The notes under the pieces: generated by a model | The model's input: only the letters and a program-made list of their open reading frames with translations | The model's database searches: none | Told to the model about the DNA's origin: nothing | Made by a program: the position numbers and the translations under genes | Origin: Acidimicrobiaceae bacterium | GTDB taxonomy: Bacteria; Actinomycetota; Acidimicrobiia; Acidimicrobiales; JAUTXP01 | Assembly (NCBI GenBank): GCA_030837965.1 | Contig: JAUTXP010000053.1 | Span: 16,893-80,892 of the forward strand | Length of the DNA: 64,000 nt | Direction of reading: 5' to 3' | Shown here: one piece after another, positions 19,570 to 28,282 of the stretch | Layout: each line of letters opens with the position of its first letter | How positions within the stretch are numbered: the first letter of the stretch is position 1

Positions 19570-19633
19570 CAGTGTCTCGTGTGAGTCAGTGTCTTGGGTG
19601 AGGCAGTGTCAGTGTCTTTGGTGAGGCGGTGTC
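19570..19633. repeat. Imperfect tandem repeat (CAGTGTC core, ~23-nt unit) between yceD and rpmF
   Basis: CAGTGTC at 19570, 19587, 19604 and 19610, plus CGGTGTC at 19627. Confidence 0.75.
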
Positions 19634-20144
19634 AGTCGTCTCGGGCGCGGAGCACGTCGAGCGCCGCCCACCGGGGATCATTCAGTTCGGTTTCGCAGGA
19701 GCACGTGCCCGTGTTGCGGTCGATGCCGCAGACCGGGCACAACCCCGCGCACGACGCCGAGCACAGCGGTGCATGGGGAAGTTCCAGCAGGACAGCGTCG
19801 CGCACAAGCGGCTCCAAGTCGAGTTGGTCGCCGTGGAGCTTGTACGTCTCCTCCGGGTCAGGCCGGTCCTCGTACAGCTCGCGCACGGTGCTGACGAGGG
19901 TGCCCTCGGCGGGCCCGAGGCAGCGTCGACAGTCGCCCACCCAAGGCGCCGTGATCGTGCCGGTGACCAGGATGCTGGTGCCCGACGCCACTTCGAGCAC
20001 GGCGTCGACCTGGATCTCGGCATTGTCCGGGACATGCGACGCGCTCACCGCGATGCCGGTCAACCCGCCGCAACAATGGGCCTCGGTGGCGTGCACGCCC
20101 CCGCGCCTGAGCGCGCCGACGTTGACGACGAACGGCTTGTGCAC
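19632..20144 (-). CDS. yceD: YceD/DUF177 family protein
   Basis: GDCRRCL, LDLEPLVRDAVLLELP, LCSASCAGLCPVCG, DPRWAAL, upstream of rpmF. Confidence 0.93.
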   Translation of the reverse strand: MHKPFVVNVGALRRGGVHATEAHCCGGLTGIAVSASHVPDNAEIQVDAVLEVASGTSILVTGTITAPWVGDCRRCLGPAEGTLVSTVRELYEDRPDPEETYKLHGDQLDLEPLVRDAVLLELPHAPLCSASCAGLCPVCGIDRNTGTCSCETELNDPRWAALDVLRARDD

Positions 20145-20213
20145 CCAGCCAGTGTAGGAGCGCCCCGCCCCCTTTTCGGACTGTCGGACTGGAGGACAGG
20201 CGGGAAAAGCGCG

Positions 20214-20798
20214 TTATTCGGGCGGGTCCGAGTCCTGGTCGAAGAAGGCGTCGTCGACCGGCTCCTCGGCCAGGCCCGACACGTCGCCTGACGACGGCGC
20301 GGGCAACGGCGTCACCCGCAGCTTCTCCCGCCCGGCCTGGACCGTCTTCGTCGTCCGCTCGAGCACGATCTCGAACGAGGCCAGCTTCTGGTCGCAGTAG
20401 TCCTCGGCCTCGTGGCGCAGCCGCAGGGCCTCGTCCCTGGCCTGCTCGACCGTGCGCTTGGCCGTGTGCTGGGCCTCGCGCACGATCTCGGTCCGCTGCA
20501 CCATGCGCTCGGCCCTGACCCTCGCCTGTTCCAGGATCTCGTCGGCGTCGCGCTGGTTGCGGGCCAGGAACTCCTCGCGCTCCTTGAGCATCCACCGGGC
20601 CTGGCGCAGCTCCTCCGGCAGTCGGTCCAAGGCCTCGCCCAACAGCTCCAAGACCTCTTCTTTGTTGTCGAGCTTGGCCGACGAGGAGAGCGGGATGGAC
20701 CTGGCGTTGTTGATGATCTCGGCCACGCGGCGGATGAGCGTCTCCGCGTCGGGCTGGTCCGAGCCGCCCGAGCCGATGCCCTCGAAGAACGTGGTCAT
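20214..20798 (-). CDS. Coiled-coil DivIVA-like protein (SepIVA/Rv2927c-like)
   Basis: IINNARSIPLSS...LPEELRQARWMLKERE...EAEDYCDQKLASFE, between coaD and yceD as in other actinobacteria. Start MTTFFE at 20798. Confidence 0.75.
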   Translation of the reverse strand: MTTFFEGIGSGGSDQPDAETLIRRVAEIINNARSIPLSSSAKLDNKEEVLELLGEALDRLPEELRQARWMLKEREEFLARNQRDADEILEQARVRAERMVQRTEIVREAQHTAKRTVEQARDEALRLRHEAEDYCDQKLASFEIVLERTTKTVQAGREKLRVTPLPAPSSGDVSGLAEEPVDDAFFDQDSDPPE

Positions 20799-21280
20799 CC
20801 GCGGAACTTCTCCGACAGGCGCTTGGCCACAGGGGGCGGCACCATCGAGCTGACCCGGGCGCCGCCGCCGAAGCGGGCGATGTCGCGCACGAACCGGGAG
20901 GCCACGAACGAATGGGCCGACGCGCAGGGGATGAACAGCGTGTCCATGCCCGAGACTTGATGGTTCATCTGGGCCATCTGCAACTCGTTCTCGAAGTCCG
21001 ACACGGCCCGCAGGCCCTTCACGATCACGTCGGCGCCCACCTCCTTGGCCAGGTCCACCACCAGTGACGACAGGCCCACGACCTTGACGTTGGACAGGTG
21101 GGCCACCGACTCCTCGATCATGGCGCTGCGCTCCTCGAGCGTGAAAAGCGGCTCGCCCTTCTGCGGATTGCGCATGGCCGCGACAATCAGCGAGTCGAAC
21201 AGTCGGGAGGCCGTCTCGATGATCTCGAGGTGTCCGTTGTGGAGCGGGTCGAACGACCCGGGGAACAGCGCGGTCCTCAC
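20795..21280 (-). CDS. coaD: Phosphopantetheine adenylyltransferase
   Basis: ALFPGSFDPLHNGHLEII and VKGLRAVSDFENELQMAQMN. GTG start at 21280. Confidence 0.97.
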   Translation of the reverse strand: MRTALFPGSFDPLHNGHLEIIETASRLFDSLIVAAMRNPQKGEPLFTLEERSAMIEESVAHLSNVKVVGLSSLVVDLAKEVGADVIVKGLRAVSDFENELQMAQMNHQVSGMDTLFIPCASAHSFVASRFVRDIARFGGGARVSSMVPPPVAKRLSEKFRG

Positions 21281-21804
21281 GCGCCACCTTTCTGAGCACT
21301 CGGAGCGACGAGCACGACCACCGTACCGCCGTAGCGCTTCGACCTGAGAACTTCCCAGCCCGGTCCCGGATCGACGGGCCGGTCGGATTCGAGCACGGCA
21401 AGACCGGCGGGGAGCACGGCCAGCAGGTCGGGCCAGGCCTCGAACGAATAGGGCGGGTCGACGATGGCCAGGTCGACGGGCGCCGCCGTCTGGGCCCACC
21501 GCAGCACGTCGTCCCTTCGGACCTGGCCTGCAAAGCCGAGCGCGGTCAGGTTGGCCTTGACCACCGCGACCGCGGCCGTGTCGTGGTCGACGAAGACGGC
21601 CGACGCCGCGCCGCGGGACAACGCCTCGATGCCCATGGCCCCGGAGCCGGCGAAGAGGTCGGCGACCGACGCGCCCTGGACCGCGTCGAGGGAGGCGAGC
21701 ATGTTGAACACCGACTCGCGCACGCGGTCGCTGGTGGGCCGGGTGTGGTTTCCGGGCGGCGCCGTCAGCCGCCGGCCGCGCGCCGATCCCCCCACCACTC
21801 GCAT
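21277..21804 (-). CDS. rsmD: 16S rRNA m2G966 methyltransferase
   Basis: MRVVGG, TRPTSDRVRESVF, DLFAGSGAMGIEALSRGA, DPPY. Confidence 0.96.
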   Translation of the reverse strand: MRVVGGSARGRRLTAPPGNHTRPTSDRVRESVFNMLASLDAVQGASVADLFAGSGAMGIEALSRGAASAVFVDHDTAAVAVVKANLTALGFAGQVRRDDVLRWAQTAAPVDLAIVDPPYSFEAWPDLLAVLPAGLAVLESDRPVDPGPGWEVLRSKRYGGTVVVLVAPSAQKGGA

Positions 21805-21822
21805 GCCGTGCGAGGCTACGGC

Positions 21823-22026
21823 GTGCCCCAACCGCCCGACCGATATGGCCCGGCCGACCCGCTCATCGACTGCATCGACTGCGGTGGGCGCTGCCACCTC
21901 ATGGTGACGTGGGCCGACGACAACCCGCCCGAGCCGGGCGACGTCGTGGTCTATCGCTGCGAGGACTGCAACGACCGCTGGGACATCGTCATCCCAGCCT
22001 CTCCTGACGAAGGCGACGCCACCTGA
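21823..22026 (+). CDS. Small putative zinc-ribbon protein (CxxC...CxxC)
   Basis: GTG at 21823 gives 67 aa: ...LIDCIDCGGRCHL...VYRCEDCNDRWDIV. It is the 3' part of ORF 21583-22026. Confidence 0.6.
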   Translation: MPQPPDRYGPADPLIDCIDCGGRCHLMVTWADDNPPEPGDVVVYRCEDCNDRWDIVIPASPDEGDAT

Positions 22027-22195
22027 GGAACCGCCGGAACACGGCGGCCACGTAGCCCACGCCGGCAACCGCGACCAGGTGGAAGAGCCCGCCCCTTCGC
22101 ACCCCGATGAGCACGGCGGCCACGCCGAGGGCGGCGTCGGTCAACAGGATGCGACGCCAGTTGGCGGCGTAGGCGGCGTCGTCGGGCACGGCCAT
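21989..22195 (-). CDS. Small membrane protein, hypothetical (2 TM helices, basic tail)
   Basis: MAVPDDAAYAANWRRILLTDAALGVAAVLIG...VAAVFRRFLRWRRLRQERLG. Confidence 0.6.
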   Translation of the reverse strand: MAVPDDAAYAANWRRILLTDAALGVAAVLIGVRRGGLFHLVAVAGVGYVAAVFRRFLRWRRLRQERLG

Positions 22196-22240
22196 ACCAT
22201 CGCATCCGTCGCACCATCTCAGCGGACAAGGGGGAGATGC

Positions 22241-23179
22241 ATGCCGCTCGATCCGCAGGCCCAGGTCCTGCTCGACGGTCTGGCCGCGCTGGACTCGCCG
22301 GTGCTGGCCTCGCTGTCGCCGCCCGAAGCGCGTGAGCTGTTCCGAGGCATGGCCGCGCTGACGCCGGTGCCGGAGACGGCGCGCACGGAGGAGCGGGTCA
22401 TCCCGGTCGACGGAGGCGAGTTGACGGCCCACGTGTTCTGGCCGTTGGGCGGCGACGCCTCAGGCGCGCCAGACGCGCCGCCCGTCCTGGTCTATTTCCA
22501 CGGCGGCGGCTGGATCGTGGGCGACCTGTCGACCAGCGACTCCAGCGCGGCCGAGCTGTGCAACCTGTCGGGCTGCGTGGTCGTCAACGTCGACTATCGA
22601 CTGGCTCCCGAGCACGCCTTCCCGGGGCCGTTGGAGGACGCGTACGCGGCCGTGCGATGGGTGGTCGACAACGGCGAGAGCCTGGGCGCGGACCCGACCC
22701 GACTGGCGGTGGGCGGCGACAGCGCGGGCGCCAACCTCAGCACGGCCGTGTGCCTGTTGGCCCGGGATCGGAACGGGCCGGACATCCGCTTCCAACTGCT
22801 GCTGTATCCGCCTGTCGACGGGCGCCGCAGCTATCCGTCGTTTCGCGAGAACGCAGAGGGCTACTTCCTCACGGCCGAGACCATGGACTGGTTCTGGGGC
22901 CACTACTTGGGCGACACCGACCCCGAGGACCCGCTGGCCTCGCCCCTTTACGCGTCGGACCTGGCGGGCCTGCCGCCCGCGCTGGTGGTCACGGCCGAGT
23001 TCGACCCGCTGCGCGACGAGGGCGAGGCCTACGCCGAGCGCCTGCGCCAGGCCGGCGTCATCGCCCACGCCAGTCGATACGACGGCCAGGTCCACGGGTT
23101 CGCGGGCATGTTCAACATCTTCGACGCGGGCCGCAAGGCCATGGACGAGGCGGCCCGAGCCCTGCGCGCCGCCCTCTGA
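22241..23179 (+). CDS. Alpha/beta hydrolase, HSL/family IV esterase
   Basis: HGGGW oxyanion motif, GDSAG nucleophile, EFDPLRDEG, HGF. Purine-rich RBS before MPLDPQ. Confidence 0.94.
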   Translation: MPLDPQAQVLLDGLAALDSPVLASLSPPEARELFRGMAALTPVPETARTEERVIPVDGGELTAHVFWPLGGDASGAPDAPPVLVYFHGGGWIVGDLSTSDSSAAELCNLSGCVVVNVDYRLAPEHAFPGPLEDAYAAVRWVVDNGESLGADPTRLAVGGDSAGANLSTAVCLLARDRNGPDIRFQLLLYPPVDGRRSYPSFRENAEGYFLTAETMDWFWGHYLGDTDPEDPLASPLYASDLAGLPPALVVTAEFDPLRDEGEAYAERLRQAGVIAHASRYDGQVHGFAGMFNIFDAGRKAMDEAARALRAAL

Positions 23180-23180
23180 A

Positions 23181-23215
23181 ATCTTTTCCACAGCACCTGC
23201 TGCTGTGGAAAAGAT
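23181..23215. repeat. REP-like palindrome, family A, copy 2 (opposite orientation)
   Basis: ATCTTTTCCACAGCA-cctgc-TGCTGTGGAAAAGAT between convergent genes. Confidence 0.9.
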
Positions 23216-23223
23216 GAGGGGGG

Positions 23224-25320
23224 TCAGCTCTTGAAGAGGAAGGCGGCCTCGTCGTCGTCCAGCAGGGCCCTGACCTCGTCGGCCAGGACGGGGTTGTCGT
23301 CAAGGAGCGGGTCGGCGTCCACCATGCGAAAGGCGATGGACCTGGCCTGCTCGATGAGGTCCCGGTCCCGCCGCAGCGACGCCAGCTTCAAGTCGCTCAC
23401 GCCCTTCTGCTTGGTGCCCAGCACGGTGCCCTCGCCCCGTATCTCCAAGTCGACCTCGGCCAAGGCGAAGCCGTCCGTCGACCGCTCGACCGCGGCCAGC
23501 CGCTCGCTCTCCGGGTCGCCGCCCAGCAAGTAGCACCACGACTCCGCCGCGCCCCGCCCCACTCGGCCCCGCAACTGGTGGAGCTGGGCGATGCCGAAGC
23601 GGTCGGCGTCCTCGATGACCATGACCGTCGCGTTGGGCACGTCGACCCCGACCTCGATGACGGTGGTGGCGACGAGCACATCCAACTCGGCCCGCCGGAA
23701 GGCGGCCATGGCCGACTCCTTGTCGGCGGGCCTCATCTGTCCGTGCAACAGGCCCAGCCGCAAGTCGGGGAAGACCTCGGCCCGGAGCCGCTCGAACTCG
23801 TCGGTGGCCGACCGGGCCTGCACCCGCTCGGACTCGTCGACCAGAGGGCACACCACATACGCCTGCCTGCCCGCGGCCACCTCCGCCTTGACCCGGGCCC
23901 ACGCCTCCGCCTCCTCCAGCGGCCCGCGGGCCCACACCGTGCGGATGGGCGTGCGCCCCGGCGGCAGCTCGTCCAGCACGGTCACGTCCAGGTCGCCGTA
24001 GACGGTCATGGCCGCGGTGCGGGGGATGGGCGTGGCCGTCATCACCAACACGTCGGGGTCGTTTCCCTTGCCCCGCAAGGCCGCCCGCTGCTCCACGCCG
24101 AAGCGGTGCTGCTCGTCGATGACGACGACGCCGAGGTCCTTGAACGCCACCCCCTCGGTGAGCAGCGCGTGGGTGCCGATGAGGATGTCGACACTGCCGT
24201 CGTCCAAGCCCGCCAGCAGCCGGGTCCGCTCCTTGGCCGTAGTTCGGTTGGTGAGCAGGTCCACGCGCACAGGCCGCTCCTCGAACAGCGAGCCGGTCTC
24301 GTCCGGGACGGTGAGGTCGGCCAGCAGCGACCGGACGCCGAGGAAGTGCTGCTCGGCCAACACCTCGGTCGGCGCCATCAGCGCGCCTTGGTGCCCGCCT
24401 TGCACTGACACCAGCAGCGCGCTCACGGCCACGACCGTCTTGCCCGCGCCCACGTCCCCTTGCAGCAGCCGGTGCATGGGATGCACGCCCGCCAGGTCCG
24501 ACTCGATCTGGTCGATCGCCCGCCGCTGCGCGCCCGTGAGCGGGAAGGGCAGACGCTGCCGGAAGCGCTGGGCCAACTCGCCGTCCACGTTGTGCTGGAT
24601 GCCCTTGGCCTCACGCTCGACGGCCCGCTTGCGCATCACGAGCGCCACTTGCAGTCGGAACAGCTCGTCGAAGGCCAGCCGCTTGCGCGCCGCGCCGACC
24701 GCGCCCATCGAGTCTGGCTGGTGGATCTGGCGGAAGGCCCACGTTCGGTCGACCACATCGAGCTCGTCGCGCACGGGCTGGGGCAGCGGGTCGGCGAAGT
24801 CGCCCGCGCGCTGCAACGCCTCCTCCACCCAGCGGCCGATCTCCCACGTCGACAGGTCGGCCGACTGCGGGTAGATGGGCACGATCTTGCCCGTCTTGTT
24901 GCCGATCAGGTCGACCAGCGGGTTGGCCATCTGGCGCTTGCCCCGGAAGGTCGTGACCTTGCCGAAGAAGGCCGCGTTGGCCCCTTCGGAGAGCTGCTTG
25001 GCCCGCCACGACTGGTTGAAGAACGTGCAGCGAAGGAACCCCGACTCGTCGGACACGTCGACCTCGACAAGGATCTTGTGGTTGCGGGCCCGACGTGTGG
25101 CGACCCGCTTGATCTCGGCCAGCACCAGGCCGTCGTCGCCCTCGCGCAGGTCGGCGATGCGGGCCTCCCTGGACCGGTCGACGTGGCGGCGCGGGTAGTG
25201 CGTGAGCAGGTCGAGAACGGTCAGGACGTCGATGGCGGCCAGGTCCGCCGCGCTCTTGGCGCCGACGCCGTTCAGGACCGACACGGGCAGGTCGGCCAGT
25301 TGGCTGAGGCGGCGGGCCAC
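23224..25320 (-). CDS. recG: ATP-dependent DNA helicase RecG
   Basis: OB wedge domain, LQGDVGAGKT, DEQHRFGV, MTATPIPRT, QLHQLRGRVGRG. Confidence 0.97.
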   Translation of the reverse strand: MARRLSQLADLPVSVLNGVGAKSAADLAAIDVLTVLDLLTHYPRRHVDRSREARIADLREGDDGLVLAEIKRVATRRARNHKILVEVDVSDESGFLRCTFFNQSWRAKQLSEGANAAFFGKVTTFRGKRQMANPLVDLIGNKTGKIVPIYPQSADLSTWEIGRWVEEALQRAGDFADPLPQPVRDELDVVDRTWAFRQIHQPDSMGAVGAARKRLAFDELFRLQVALVMRKRAVEREAKGIQHNVDGELAQRFRQRLPFPLTGAQRRAIDQIESDLAGVHPMHRLLQGDVGAGKTVVAVSALLVSVQGGHQGALMAPTEVLAEQHFLGVRSLLADLTVPDETGSLFEERPVRVDLLTNRTTAKERTRLLAGLDDGSVDILIGTHALLTEGVAFKDLGVVVIDEQHRFGVEQRAALRGKGNDPDVLVMTATPIPRTAAMTVYGDLDVTVLDELPPGRTPIRTVWARGPLEEAEAWARVKAEVAAGRQAYVVCPLVDESERVQARSATDEFERLRAEVFPDLRLGLLHGQMRPADKESAMAAFRRAELDVLVATTVIEVGVDVPNATVMVIEDADRFGIAQLHQLRGRVGRGAAESWCYLLGGDPESERLAAVERSTDGFALAEVDLEIRGEGTVLGTKQKGVSDLKLASLRRDRDLIEQARSIAFRMVDADPLLDDNPVLADEVRALLDDDEAAFLFKS

Positions 25321-25329
25321 CTGCTCGAT

Positions 25330-27009
25330 CTACTCGATCGAGAACAGGTACGGGTACAGGGGCTGGCCGCCGTGATGGACCTCGCTGCCCACCTCGGGTC
25401 TGTGCTCTCCCAGCCACTCGGTGATGCGCCGGGTGTCGGCCGGGCTGGCCCCTGCGCCCTCGATGATGGTGACCAGCTCGTGGTCGTCGGTGACGAGCTT
25501 GGCCAGCAGTCCGGTGGCGGCCTCGGCCAAGGTCGGCGCCACCGTCTCGATGCGCTTGCTGGACAGGCCCAGCCAGTCGCCTTCATGGATGGGGCCGGCC
25601 TCGGCGGACGAGTCGCGCACCGCCCTCGTCACCTCGCCGCTCACCACCCGGTCCGCGGCCTGGGCCATGGCCTCGGCGTTGTCGTCGGCGGTGGCGTACG
25701 GGTCGTATTCGAGGAGGGCGGCGAAGCCTTGGGCGATGCCGGTGGTCTTGACGACGCGCACGGTCTTGTCGGTGAGGGGGGCGACCTGCTCGGCCACCGG
25801 GATGATGTTCTTGTTGTTGGGCAGGACGACCACTTCTTGGGCGGGCGCCCTCTCGACTGCTTCGAGGATCTGTGCGGTGGAAGGGTTCATGGACTGGCCG
25901 CCCGCCACGATCTGATGCACGCCCAGCGATCGGAAGATGCGCCGGATGCCCTCGCCGGTGGCCACGGCCACGACGGCGGTGGGGACGGGCTCGGCATCGG
26001 CGTCGGGGTCGTCGCCATCCGGTGGCGCTGTGTCCGCCGCCTCCCTGACCCAGCGCTCCTCCTCGACCTGCTCCATGAGGTCGGTGACCCGGATGTTGCG
26101 GGGGCGGCCGCAGTCCAGCGCGGCCTCGACGGCGGCGCCGATGTCATCGGTGTGGATGTGGCAGTTCCATATGCCGTCGCCGCCAACCACGACGATCGAG
26201 TCGCCGATGCCCGCCCACACGTCCTTGAAGGCGGGGATGGTCTGGTCGGGCGCTTCGAGGAAGTACATGACCTCGTAGCGCAAGTCCGACACGGCGTCGT
26301 GGGCGGCGTCGATCTCGGGGGTGTGCGCCGGCGCCGCCCCGCTCGTGCCCGAGGACGGAAGGGCTTGCGGCGTGTCCGTCGGCTCGGGCAGGGGGCGGTC
26401 CGCGACGATGTGCAAGAGCGCGTCGAGCAGCAGGAGGAAGCCGGCGCCGCCCGCGTCGACCACGCCCGCCTGCTTGAGGACGGGCAACAGGTCCGGCGTC
26501 TCGGCCAGGGCGATGCCGCCCGCGGTACGGGCCGCGTCGAGCACGTCGACCAGAGCCTTGTCCTGGTCGGCCGCCTCGCGTGCCCCCGCGGCCGAGGCCT
26601 TGACGACCGTGAGGATGGTGCCCTCGACGGGACGCATCACCGCTTGATAGGCGGCCGCGCTGGCCCCGTCGAGCGCTTCGGCCAGCTCCTTGGGGCCAGC
26701 CGCGTCCACGCCCTTGCAGCCGTCGGCGATGCCTCGCAGGACTTGGCTCAAGATCACGCCCGAGTTGCCCCGGGCGCCCATGAGGGAGCCGTGGCTGATG
26801 GCCTTGCAGGTGGAGACCATGTCCTCGGCCCCGTCCAGGGCGGCCATGACCGACTCGAGGGTGAGGGCCATGTTGGTGCCCGTGTCGCCGTCGGGCACGG
26901 GGTAGACGTTGAGGCGGTTGACGGACTCCTGGTGCGAGCGGAGGAGGTCGCGGTAGGCGGCGACCGTGGCGCGGAGGTCGGCCGCGTCCAACCGCTCGAG
27001 GAGTGTCAT
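25330..27009 (-). CDS. DAK2-domain fatty acid kinase subunit A-like protein
   Basis: LNVYPVPDGDTGTNM, GARGNSGVILSQ, EGTILTV, VVDAGG, GGQSMNPST. Adjacent to rpmB and recG. Confidence 0.93.
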   Translation of the reverse strand: MTLLERLDAADLRATVAAYRDLLRSHQESVNRLNVYPVPDGDTGTNMALTLESVMAALDGAEDMVSTCKAISHGSLMGARGNSGVILSQVLRGIADGCKGVDAAGPKELAEALDGASAAAYQAVMRPVEGTILTVVKASAAGAREAADQDKALVDVLDAARTAGGIALAETPDLLPVLKQAGVVDAGGAGFLLLLDALLHIVADRPLPEPTDTPQALPSSGTSGAAPAHTPEIDAAHDAVSDLRYEVMYFLEAPDQTIPAFKDVWAGIGDSIVVVGGDGIWNCHIHTDDIGAAVEAALDCGRPRNIRVTDLMEQVEEERWVREAADTAPPDGDDPDADAEPVPTAVVAVATGEGIRRIFRSLGVHQIVAGGQSMNPSTAQILEAVERAPAQEVVVLPNNKNIIPVAEQVAPLTDKTVRVVKTTGIAQGFAALLEYDPYATADDNAEAMAQAADRVVSGEVTRAVRDSSAEAGPIHEGDWLGLSSKRIETVAPTLAEAATGLLAKLVTDDHELVTIIEGAGASPADTRRITEWLGEHRPEVGSEVHHGGQPLYPYLFSIE

Positions 27010-27066
27010 ACGGGCGACGATGCTAACCTTCTCCGGTTCCCCTTCCGACCTTGAGGAGTGCGCGTC

Positions 27067-27261
27067 ATGGCAGCGGTGTGCGAGGTGTGCGGCAAGCATC
27101 CCTCATTCGGCATGAGCATCAGCCACTCGCATCGGCGCACCAAGCGGCGGTGGAATCCGAACATCCAGCGGATCAGGGCCATCGTGAACGGCGCCCCCAA
27201 GCGCCTGCACGTGTGCACGTCGTGCATCCGCGCGGGCAAGGTCCAGAAGGCCTCCCACTAG
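27067..27261 (+). CDS. rpmB: 50S ribosomal protein L28 (Zn-binding form)
   Basis: [34 protein letters not shown]...[11 protein letters not shown], with GAGGAG RBS. Confidence 0.97.
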   Translation: MAAVCEVCGKHPSFGMSISHSHRRTKRRWNPNIQRIRAIVNGAPKRLHVCTSCIRAGKVQKASH

Positions 27262-27273
27262 CAGGCCCCTCCG

Positions 27274-27306
27274 ACTTTTCCACAGCAGCAGGTGCTGTGG
27301 AAAAGT
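27274..27306. repeat. REP-like palindrome, family A, copy 3
   Basis: ACTTTTCCACAGCA-gcagg-TGCTGTGGAAAAGT. The outer pair differs from copies 1-2 but stays complementary. Confidence 0.9.
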
Positions 27307-27313
27307 TGAGATC

Positions 27314-27529
27314 TCAGTCGGGCTCGGGCTGGGCGGTCTCGGCGGGGGCGGTGGCCTCGTCCGACGTGCGGTGCTCCACGTAGGTCGTGGGCGCCGCGTC
27401 CCTGTCCGCTTGACGCTCGTCCGACTCGGCCAGGATGGCCTCGGCTTGGGCCTCGGCGTCGTCGGTGCCCGCCAGCCGTTCTGGATCGGTCAGCTCCTGG
27501 GCCCTGCGGGCCACTCGGTCATCTGCCAT
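27314..27529 (-). CDS. Small acidic hypothetical protein
   Basis: 71 aa, MADDRVARRAQEL...EAQAEAILAESDER...VEHRTS. Confidence 0.6.
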   Translation of the reverse strand: MADDRVARRAQELTDPERLAGTDDAEAQAEAILAESDERQADRDAAPTTYVEHRTSDEATAPAETAQPEPD

Positions 27530-27589
27530 AGGTCTTGATGTCCCCCGAGACGGCGCGTTCCCAACCGGGGTTGTTCCCAGCGGGCTGCG

Positions 27590-27850
27590 TCAGGCAGTGA
27601 CGAGAAGTCGAAGCTCCTCTTCGCCCGAGGCGGTATTGGGCTGGCCCAACACCTCCCAGGACTTCATCTTGACGTGCACGGTTCGCTTCGGACCCGACAA
27701 ATAGAGGCCGATCGCTTCAAGGAGGTTCTCGAGCAACTCGTCCATGTTCTCACCGGAGGCGAAACAGCCCTCCAATTCGACGACCTCGGCCCAAAGGCAG
27801 CCTGGGTCCTCGTTGACACGAACTCGGTATTCGACCTCGCGCCGTCTCAC
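27590..27850 (-). CDS. hicB: HicB-like antitoxin (N-terminal HicB domain only)
   Basis: YRVRVNEDPGCLWAEVVELEGCFASGENMDELLENLLEAIGLYL matches the HicB pattern. Confidence 0.82.
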   Translation of the reverse strand: MRRREVEYRVRVNEDPGCLWAEVVELEGCFASGENMDELLENLLEAIGLYLSGPKRTVHVKMKSWEVLGQPNTASGEEELRLLVTA

Positions 27851-27853
27851 TGC

Positions 27854-28093
27854 CTACCTCTCGTCGGAGCCTGGGCCTCCCTTGAGGCCAGCTTGCCGCA
27901 GAATCCGATCACTCAAGTCGGCACTGTAATCACGGCCGTGATGCTGTGGGAGCGTGATGGGCCGGTGGCCCTCTTTCTCCATCTTCACGGAATGCCGTCC
28001 GCCGAGCGTCCTGACCCAGCCGTATTGCTCAAGCAGTGCCTGCGCTTTGGACTGGGAGAGAATCCGCGGGAGGGCGCGGCGACCTTTTGCCAA
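27854..28093 (-). CDS. hicA: HicA-like mRNA interferase toxin
   Basis: LLEQYGWVRTLGGRHSVKM...ITLPQH...DLSDRILRQAGL. TTG start at 28093 with AGGAG 7 nt upstream. Confidence 0.8.
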   Translation of the reverse strand: MAKGRRALPRILSQSKAQALLEQYGWVRTLGGRHSVKMEKEGHRPITLPQHHGRDYSADLSDRILRQAGLKGGPGSDER

Positions 28094-28282
28094 TACCTCA
28101 CTCCTAATCGTGCTCGGCACCCCCCAGAAGCTGGGCCGCGCCTGATTGGAACTGCGTTCATCGTCGTCCTCCCAGGTGCTATTACGAGCACGCGCCGCGA
28201 CCGTGTCTGGAAACTTGCGCAAAGCCGACAATTGGCGTGTGCGGCGCACTCGGGCGCCGAACATTACGGACGCGATGTGCGC

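Noticed and set aside
10777-27306. oriC suggested by DnaA-box matches
   Set aside because: Boxes occur only in pairs inside dispersed palindromes. There is no dnaA/dnaN, no box cluster and no AT-rich unwinding element.
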